In this document: in pieces, positions 57,554 through 64,000 of the stretch
Numbering within the stretch: the first letter of the stretch is position 1
How the letters are laid out: each line of letters starts with the position of its first letter
Source: Planctomycetota bacterium
Lineage (GTDB): Bacteria > Planctomycetota > GCA-002687715 > CAIWVZ01
Reading direction: 5' to 3'
NCBI GenBank assembly: GCA_044222185.1
Contig: JBGANV010000001.1
Span: 928,001-992,000, forward strand
Length of the DNA: 64,000 nt
Made by a program: the position numbers and the translations under genes
Notes under the pieces: generated by a model
What the model was told of the DNA's origin: nothing
What the model saw: the letters and a program-made list of their open reading frames with translations, nothing else
Databases searched by the model: none

Positions 57554-58723
57554 TCAGCGGTGCCCTGGGGAAGTCCCGCGCATGGCGCGTAGTGCCCTGA
57601 CGCGCGCGACGACGATCTCGGCGGCGCGCGTGACATCCTGTTCGTCGTTGAAACGCCCCAAACCGAAACGGACCGACGCCAGCGCCAATTCCTCGCTCAG
57701 CCCGATGGCCCGCAGGACGTGGCTCGGCTCCAGCGAGGCGCTCCTGCAGGCCGAGCCCGACGACACGGCGAGTTCCTGGAGCGTCATCATGAGGGACTCG
57801 CCGTCGACGCCGGCGAACGAGAGGTTGAGATTGCCCGCGAGGCGACGGTCGGGGTCGCCATTCAGGACCACTCCATCGAGCCCGGCCGAGATCGCCGCGT
57901 GCAGACGATCGCGCAGCCTGCGAAGCCGGGTCTGCTCGTCCTGGATGGACGGAACCGCCAGGTCGATCGCCCGCGCAAAGCCGACGATCCCAGGCACGTT
58001 CAGCGTGCCCGACCGATGCCCGCCCTCGTGACCTCCCCCGTGGATCTGGGGGGCGAGCCTGATCTTGCGGCCTGAGGAGCGGACGTAAAGCGCGCCGACG
58101 CCCTTCGGTCCGTACACCTTGTGGGCGCTCACGGAGAGCAGGTCGATCCGATCGCGTTCCACGTCGATGGGGACGCGGCCCAGGAGCTGCGCGGCATCCG
58201 AATGGAACAGCACGCCGCGTACGCGACAGATCTCCCCGATCTCACGAAGGGGCTGAAGCGTGCCGATCTCGTTGTTCGCCGCCATCACCGAAACGAGGAA
58301 GGTTCGATCCGTGATCGCGTCGCGGATCGCCGCCGGGTCGACGATGCCGTTCTTCATCGGGGCCACGAGCGTGTGCGACACGTTGCGGCGCTCGAGTGCA
58401 TTCAGCGAATCGAGCACGCACTTGTGCTCGATCGCCGTCGAGACGACGTGGTCCCCACGCTCGACAGCCTCGGCGGCGCCCTTGATTGCGAGGTTGTTCG
58501 CTTCGGTCGCGCCGCTCACGAACACGATGTCGCGTGGCGGAGCGCCGATCGCCTTCGCGATCGTCTGGCGGCTGCGGTCCACGGCCTCCTCGGCCTCCCA
58601 ACCGAACGCGTGCGTCTTGCTCGCGGGGTTTCCGAACTGCTCCGTGAACCACGGGAGCATCGCTTCCACCACACGGGGGTCGACGGGGGTCGTGGCGTGG
58701 TTGTCGAGGTAGATGCGCTTCAT
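57554..58723 (-). CDS. iscS: cysteine desulfurase
   Basis: IYLDNHATTP, FGNPAS, SGATEANN, NNEIG, SAHKVYGPKGVG, SSGSAC, RFGLGRFN. Confidence 0.95.
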   Translation of the reverse strand: MKRIYLDNHATTPVDPRVVEAMLPWFTEQFGNPASKTHAFGWEAEEAVDRSRQTIAKAIGAPPRDIVFVSGATEANNLAIKGAAEAVERGDHVVSTAIEHKCVLDSLNALERRNVSHTLVAPMKNGIVDPAAIRDAITDRTFLVSVMAANNEIGTLQPLREIGEICRVRGVLFHSDAAQLLGRVPIDVERDRIDLLSVSAHKVYGPKGVGALYVRSSGRKIRLAPQIHGGGHEGGHRSGTLNVPGIVGFARAIDLAVPSIQDEQTRLRRLRDRLHAAISAGLDGVVLNGDPDRRLAGNLNLSFAGVDGESLMMTLQELAVSSGSACRSASLEPSHVLRAIGLSEELALASVRFGLGRFNDEQDVTRAAEIVVARVRALRAMRGTSPGHR

Positions 58724-58808
58724 GCCGATCAACGAGGACACAAGTGTAGGCACGAATGACCGCTCCCCCACGCTTGGGGACCCGATCCGACGCGACTACG
58801 CTTCCCGC

Positions 58809-59804
58809 ATGAATGAATCTCCGGGCTACGCGGCGGTCAGGAACGGTTGCGGACTCCGGCCTCTCGTCGACATCGGCATCCTCGCCATCTCGGGCCGCGA
58901 CCGCGTCAGGTTCCTACATGGGCAATGCACCCAGGACGTGAAGGGCAAGCAGGTTCCGGACGGCGGTTACGCCTTCGTGCTCGACGGCCGGGGAACGAAC
59001 GTCGGCGACTTCACATTCACGTTGCGGGAGGATCACATCCTCTGCCGCACGGCGGGCTGGATGGCGCCGAAGCTCCAGTCCTGGCTTTCCCGATTCGTCA
59101 TCACGGAGGACGTGGCCATCGCGGATCGCACGGCGGACTTCGAGGTCCTCCAGATCGCCGGCCCGGAAGCCCGGCGGAACCTCGCCTCGCTGTTCGAGGG
59201 CGAGCTTCCGAAAGCGGAGTGCTCCGGACGCACGGGTCGGGCGTGCGGAACGACAGCCTTCGTCGTGGCGGACCGTTCGTTGGGGGAAGAGGGATTCCTC
59301 GTGTTCCTCGACTCGAATGCTGCGCCATCCGCATCGGGTTCCGTGGCCACTGCGCTGATCGCGCAAGGCGCGACGATCATCGATCCCGCCGACGCCCACA
59401 TCCTCCGCGTCGAGGCGGGCCTCCCGCTCTGGGGACCGGACATCCAGGCGGACACCCTGCCGATCGAGTCGGGACAGGAGGCGCGCGTCGTCTCATACAC
59501 CAAGGGCTGCTTCGCGGGCCAGGAGGTCGTCGCGAAGCAACGCACGGCCGGCAAGCCGCGACGAAAACTCGTCGGTGTGATCTCGGGTAAATACCCCCTT
59601 CGCTTCGACGATGCCGTCTGCATGGACGGCGAAATCGCAGGCACCGTGAGATCGCCGGCCTGGTCGCCGAAGCTGGGCGGTTGGATTGCGCTCGCCGTCG
59701 TGCGAGGGGACGCTTCCAGCGCGGTCCGGTTCGGCCTGGCACGCGCGCCGGGGTCCGGAGCCTTCCTCGAACGGGTGGATCTGCCGTTCGCCACGGGCGC
59801 GTAG
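58809..59804 (+). CDS. ygfZ: folate-binding protein YgfZ/GcvT family
   Basis: GRDRVRFLHGQCTQD, LRVEAG, SYTKGCFAGQE (KGC[F/Y]xGQE signature). Confidence 0.85.
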   Translation: MNESPGYAAVRNGCGLRPLVDIGILAISGRDRVRFLHGQCTQDVKGKQVPDGGYAFVLDGRGTNVGDFTFTLREDHILCRTAGWMAPKLQSWLSRFVITEDVAIADRTADFEVLQIAGPEARRNLASLFEGELPKAECSGRTGRACGTTAFVVADRSLGEEGFLVFLDSNAAPSASGSVATALIAQGATIIDPADAHILRVEAGLPLWGPDIQADTLPIESGQEARVVSYTKGCFAGQEVVAKQRTAGKPRRKLVGVISGKYPLRFDDAVCMDGEIAGTVRSPAWSPKLGGWIALAVVRGDASSAVRFGLARAPGSGAFLERVDLPFATGA

Positions 59805-59817
59805 CCGCTCCGGACCG

Positions 59818-60162
59818 TCAAGGCTTGCGTGACAGGACGTTTGGCGGCAGCCGGAGACGTTCGACCGGGTGGCCCGCGAGGAGATGCGAGTCGACGATTT
59901 CGCGCAGATCTCCGTCCGTCACGCGGCCGTACCAGACGTTCTCCGGATAGACGACGATCACCGCGCCGTGCTCGCAGAAGTCCAGGCAGCCGGCCCCGTT
60001 GATCCGGACGCCGGAGATCTTCCGCTCCTTCACCAGGGCCTTCAGCCGCTCGCGGAGGTGTGCCGAGTCCTTCGCCGCGCAGCAGCCGCGCGGGTGCTCG
60101 GCCGCCCGCTCGTTGGTGCAGACGAAGACGTGACGCTCATAGGGGATCGTCGGCTCGTCCAT
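59818..60162 (-). CDS. thioredoxin-like [2Fe-2S] ferredoxin
   Basis: HVFVCTNER..HPRGCC, AGCLDFCEHG, VVYPENVWY, IVDSHL. Confidence 0.92.
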   Translation of the reverse strand: MDEPTIPYERHVFVCTNERAAEHPRGCCAAKDSAHLRERLKALVKERKISGVRINGAGCLDFCEHGAVIVVYPENVWYGRVTDGDLREIVDSHLLAGHPVERLRLPPNVLSRKP

Positions 60163-60167
60163 CAGAT

Positions 60168-61337
60168 TCACTCGGAAGTCTTGAAGAAGCGTGACAGGCG
60201 CGGCCCGCGCTGATCCTGATAGTGGTTCGACGTGCCTTCGCCGTAGGCACGCTCAGGTCGACCGGCGAGCGTCTCGAACGCAACCTTGCAGATGGGCTGG
60301 CCGTGCCGAAGGATCAGGTCGTCGTCATAGGGCCGGACCTCGAGTACGGCCGGGGTCCCACGGCCTGCGCCGTCGGGTGACCAGCCGAAACCGGGATCGA
60401 AGAAGCCCGCGTAGTGCGCGCGAAACTCCCCCGCCGACGTTTCGTACGGCAGCATTTCCACCGCGAACTCGGCCGGCACACGAAGGAACTCGCGCGTGGA
60501 GAGGATGTAGAAATGGTCGCGGCGGAGCCAGAGCCTGCCATCCGCCGGACGGCGGATCGGTTCGAAGAACTCGAGCGCGTCCTGCTCCGAACCGGGAGCG
60601 AGTTTGACTTCACGCGGCGTCTTCCGCGCGACGAACCCCACGGGGTCCTGCTCGAGGTCGACGGTGAGGAGGATGCCCCCGTCGTCGATGCGGTCGTCGG
60701 CGGCCGAGTCGAGCGTGACTCCCGAGCTGTCGTAGACGAGCGGATCCCGTTCGGCGAGGAGCGCCAGCTCTCGTGCATCCAGGATCCGCCTCTGGGCGTA
60801 GAAAATCGCCTGGTTCAGGCTCATCCCCGCGCAAAGCTCGACGTCGAACGACTTGGAGATGATCTCGAGGAACAGCTCTCCCTTGTATCCGCGCCGGATC
60901 CGGTCGTAGCGCGGATTGCGATCGGTCAGGACGCGTGTCTGCAGATCGATGCGGCCGATGCTGCTCTTCGTGTTGCAGTACGCGCCGACCGGCTCGGGGA
61001 GGTCCACGCGCTCCTCCAGTCGCACGATGTAGACCTTCCCCTGGTCGAAGATCTCGGGGCGCGAGATGTCGATGGGCTTGCGCGCGAACCTCGCGAGCAC
61101 GGCCCGCACCGGCTCGGACATGGGGAGCACGGACGCCGGCAGGCGCCAGGCCTCGCTCGAGAGCGTGAGATCGAGTGAACACGGCTGAAGGCGGCGCGGC
61201 GCCACCTCGCCTCCCGGCACGACGACGGCGCCGGACGCAATGAGCCGGCGAATTCGCCAATCCGGGAACGCACCGAGGGGTGCGATCCCGGGAAGTTCAT
61301 TCGTCTCGACGCGACTCGGGCCGCCGGTTCGGTTCAT
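60168..61337 (-). CDS. dcd: 2'-deoxycytidine 5'-triphosphate deaminase (long, duplicated-domain form)
   Basis: QPCSLDLTL, NTKSSIGRIDL, FYILST, GEFRAHYAGFFDPGFG, AVLEVR, HGQ, YQDQ. Confidence 0.88.
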   Translation of the reverse strand: MNRTGGPSRVETNELPGIAPLGAFPDWRIRRLIASGAVVVPGGEVAPRRLQPCSLDLTLSSEAWRLPASVLPMSEPVRAVLARFARKPIDISRPEIFDQGKVYIVRLEERVDLPEPVGAYCNTKSSIGRIDLQTRVLTDRNPRYDRIRRGYKGELFLEIISKSFDVELCAGMSLNQAIFYAQRRILDARELALLAERDPLVYDSSGVTLDSAADDRIDDGGILLTVDLEQDPVGFVARKTPREVKLAPGSEQDALEFFEPIRRPADGRLWLRRDHFYILSTREFLRVPAEFAVEMLPYETSAGEFRAHYAGFFDPGFGWSPDGAGRGTPAVLEVRPYDDDLILRHGQPICKVAFETLAGRPERAYGEGTSNHYQDQRGPRLSRFFKTSE

Positions 61338-61352
61338 GGGTTCGACGGGGGC

Positions 61353-64000
61353 TCAGGAGCACCCGAGGCTCTGGCCGCAGTTCACGCACTTGTAGCAGGC
61401 ACCGTTTCGCACCGTGATGTGCCCGCAGACGTCGCAGAAGGGCGCGTCGCCCATGAGTCCACCGAGATGCTCGGAGAGCTGGTCGCGGCTCTTCGCGCTC
61501 GCCCGCCGCGGGTCGCCCTTCGATTCGATGAGCGAACCGAGACGCTCGCGTGCATCCAGGGCGACATCGGACGTGAGGCCCACCGATGCGACTGAATCCT
61601 CGAACTCCCGGAGGCGCTGCTGAAGGTCGGCCTTGTCCCGCTCTCGCTGCTCGTTGGCGGAAACCAGGCCCTCCTCGAGTCCGTCCGCCGGCTTGACCTG
61701 CACGAAGTCGGTCCGGCCCAGGTACTCCATGCCGAGCACGCGGAACAGGTAGTCGACGATCGACGTCGCCCACTTGATGTTCGGGTGATTGACCGGCCCC
61801 TGGGGATCGAAGCGCGTGAAGGTGAAGACGTCGACGAAGTTCTCCAACGGCACGCCGTACTGAAGTCCGAGCGACACGGCGATGGCGAAGCAGTTCATCA
61901 TGCTGCGGAAGGCTGCACCTTCCTTGTGCATGTCGATGAAGATCTCGCCGAGCGTTCCGTCCTCGTAGTTGCCGGTGCGCAGATAGACCTTCTGTCCGCC
62001 GACGTTCGCTTCCTGTGTGAATCCGAAGCGCTTCTTCGGAAGCCGACGGCGCTGGAGGATCGGAGGACGCGTCGCCGCGACCGCAGCTTCGACCTTGGCC
62101 GACGGAGGCGCGTCCGCACCGACGGACTTGGAGGGCTCGGCACCCGCCGACTTGTCCTTCGCGACCGCCGTCCGAGACGAGAGCGGTTGCGACGCCTTGC
62201 ACCCGTCGCGGTACAGGGCGACCGCCTTCAGGCCCAGTCGCCACGATTCGAAGTACGCCTCGCGCACGTCGTCCACCGTCACCTCGTTCGGCATGTTGAT
62301 CGTCTTCGAGATCGCGCCGGAGATGAATGGCTGGGCCGCGGCCATCATGCGGATGTGGCCGTAATGGTGGATGAACCGCTTGCCCTTCGTGCCGCATCGG
62401 TTCGCGCAATCGAAGACGGGCAGGTGTTCGGACTTCAGGTGAGGCGCGCCTTCCACGGTCTGCGTTCCGCAGAGGTAGTCCTCGGCCGTCTCGATCTCCT
62501 GCGGCGTGAACCCCAGGTGCTGGAGCAAGTCGAACCCGGGGCTCGACCACTGCTCCTTCGTGACGGCAAGCCGCTCGCGGCACGCATCACCAACGACGTG
62601 GGGTGCGGCCGCATGCCGCAATTCGAAAGCGCTGGGAAGCGCCGCCTCGATGGCGTCGACCTCGTTGCGGGTGAGCCCGCGCTTGACGAGCGCGTCGCGG
62701 GTGATCCCCGGCGCTCCGTCGAATTTCTGGCGGCCGAGCACGTAGCGGAGGATCTCCTCGGTCTGCTTGGGGTTGTAGCCGAGGTTTTCCAAGGCCTTCG
62801 TCACCGACGAATTGACGATCTTGAAGTAGCCACCGCCGGCGAGCTTCTTGAACTTGACGAGTGAGTAGTCGGGCTCGATGCCCGTCGTGTCACAGTCCAT
62901 CAGGAGGCCGATCGTGCCCGTGGGCGCGATGACCGTCGCCTGTGCGTTTCGGTAGCCGTAGCGCTCGCCGAGACGGACGGCGTCATCCCAGTCCTCGCGC
63001 GCCGCCCGGATCAGCGAATCGTGTCCGAACGATTCGTCGATGGCGTAGGCCGCATCGCGATGCATGTTCATGACCTTGAGCATCGGTTCGCGGTTCCGCT
63101 GGAAGCCGGGGAACGGCCCCTTCTCGCGCGCCATCTCGGCGGAGACGCGGTACGCATGCCCGGTCGTGATGGCCGTGATCGCACCACAAACCACGCGGGC
63201 CTCGTCCGAGTCGTACGGGATCCCCATCAGCATGAGGAGCGTGCCCAGGTTCGCGTAACCCAGTCCCAGCGGGCGGTAGTCGTGGCTGTTCTGGGCGATG
63301 CGCTGGATCGGATACGACGCGTAGTCGATGACGATCTCCTGCGCAACGAAGAAGATCCGAACGGCGTGGCGGTAGAGATCGATGTCGAACTGCCCGTCGT
63401 CGGTGATGAACTTCGTGAGGTTCAACGAGGCAAGGTTGCAGGCCGAGTCGTCGAGGAACATGTATTCCGAGCACGGATTGCTCGCGCGAATGCGGTCCGT
63501 GTTCGGGCAGGTGTGCCAGCGATTGATCGTCGTATCGAACTGGACACCGGGGTCGGCGCAGCGCCAGGCGGCGTACGCGACCTTGTCCATGAGTTCCTTC
63601 GCCTTGAAGGTCTTCGCGACCTTGCCCGTGGTGCGGAACGTCGTCTTCCACTCGCCGTCCGAGAGCACGGCGTCCATGAAGTCGTCCGTGACGCGCACCG
63701 AGTTGTTCGAGTTCTGCCCACCGACCGTGCGGTAGGTTTCGCCGTTGAAGTCGGCCGGGAACCCGTTCTGGATGAGGATCTGAGCCTTATCCTCCTCGCG
63801 GGCCTTCCACATGCTGAAGCGCTCGATCTCCGGATGGTCCATGTCGAGCACGACCATCTTCGCGGCGCGGCGCGTGGTTCCACCGGACTTGGTCGCCCCG
63901 GCGGCACGATCGAGCACCTCGAGGAACGACATCAGCCCCGACGACGTGCCGCCACCTCCGAGCTTCTCGCCCTCCCCTCGGATCCGGCTGAAGTTCGTGC
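61353..64000 (-). CDS. nrdJ: adenosylcobalamin-dependent ribonucleotide reductase class II; 5' part outside the window
   Basis: [66 protein letters not shown]-like domain and C-terminal zinc ribbon CDVC...CVNC. Confidence 0.95.
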   Translation of the reverse strand, partial: TNFSRIRGEGEKLGGGGTSSGLMSFLEVLDRAAGATKSGGTTRRAAKMVVLDMDHPEIERFSMWKAREEDKAQILIQNGFPADFNGETYRTVGGQNSNNSVRVTDDFMDAVLSDGEWKTTFRTTGKVAKTFKAKELMDKVAYAAWRCADPGVQFDTTINRWHTCPNTDRIRASNPCSEYMFLDDSACNLASLNLTKFITDDGQFDIDLYRHAVRIFFVAQEIVIDYASYPIQRIAQNSHDYRPLGLGYANLGTLLMLMGIPYDSDEARVVCGAITAITTGHAYRVSAEMAREKGPFPGFQRNREPMLKVMNMHRDAAYAIDESFGHDSLIRAAREDWDDAVRLGERYGYRNAQATVIAPTGTIGLLMDCDTTGIEPDYSLVKFKKLAGGGYFKIVNSSVTKALENLGYNPKQTEEILRYVLGRQKFDGAPGITRDALVKRGLTRNEVDAIEAALPSAFELRHAAAPHVVGDACRERLAVTKEQWSSPGFDLLQHLGFTPQEIETAEDYLCGTQTVEGAPHLKSEHLPVFDCANRCGTKGKRFIHHYGHIRMMAAAQPFISGAISKTINMPNEVTVDDVREAYFESWRLGLKAVALYRDGCKASQPLSSRTAVAKDKSAGAEPSKSVGADAPPSAKVEAAVAATRPPILQRRRLPKKRFGFTQEANVGGQKVYLRTGNYEDGTLGEIFIDMHKEGAAFRSMMNCFAIAVSLGLQYGVPLENFVDVFTFTRFDPQGPVNHPNIKWATSIVDYLFRVLGMEYLGRTDFVQVKPADGLEEGLVSANEQRERDKADLQQRLREFEDSVASVGLTSDVALDARERLGSLIESKGDPRRASAKSRDQLSEHLGGLMGDAPFCDVCGHITVRNGACYKCVNCGQSLGCS

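Noticed and set aside
61353-64000. Intein or intron in nrdJ (and in recD2)
   Set aside because: Conserved motifs run continuously; I saw no C/S...HN splice junctions or LAGLIDADG motifs in the visible part.

Overview
GC-rich bacterial chromosomal segment with about 51 CDSs, mostly core or housekeeping genes. I found no rRNA, tRNA, CRISPR array, prophage or IS element. The gene repertoire suggests a Planctomycetota-type (PVC) diderm organism (inference only): two sigma-54 activators, a TsaC-YwlE fusion, secreted HEAT/TPR/carboxypeptidase-regulatory repeat proteins and LpxH. Left to right: rseP (partial)-dxr; a TPR/hydrolase/MFS-spermidine synthase cluster; a secreted Gly-rich HEAT protein; nadE-ino1-aconitase; a long minus-strand run (GT2-GT2-FemAB-GlcD-NtrC-lpxH-cmk-rpsA-lipoprotein-dihydroorotase); a degenerate kinase plus a diguanylate cyclase; a Gld-like ABC operon; dnaK with an upstream sigma-54 two-component pair; tsaC-ywlE; a large repeat protein; PilZ; GT4; recD2; a metallophosphoesterase; a polyprenol-P-mannose synthase; a monohaem membrane cytochrome; NUDIX and thiol dioxygenase genes; iscA/iscS/ygfZ; and ferredoxin-dcd-nrdJ (partial). 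The best candidate for an undescribed system is a stress module at 38.6-44.2 kb. It consists of an orphan dnaK with a consensus sigma-54 promoter and a palindromic upstream site, an adjacent NtrC-family activator whose partner kinase has Gln in place of the phospho-acceptor His, a divergent TsaC-arginine-phosphatase fusion, and a candidate CU-rich sRNA. All product calls come from motif recognition by eye; no database searches were run.
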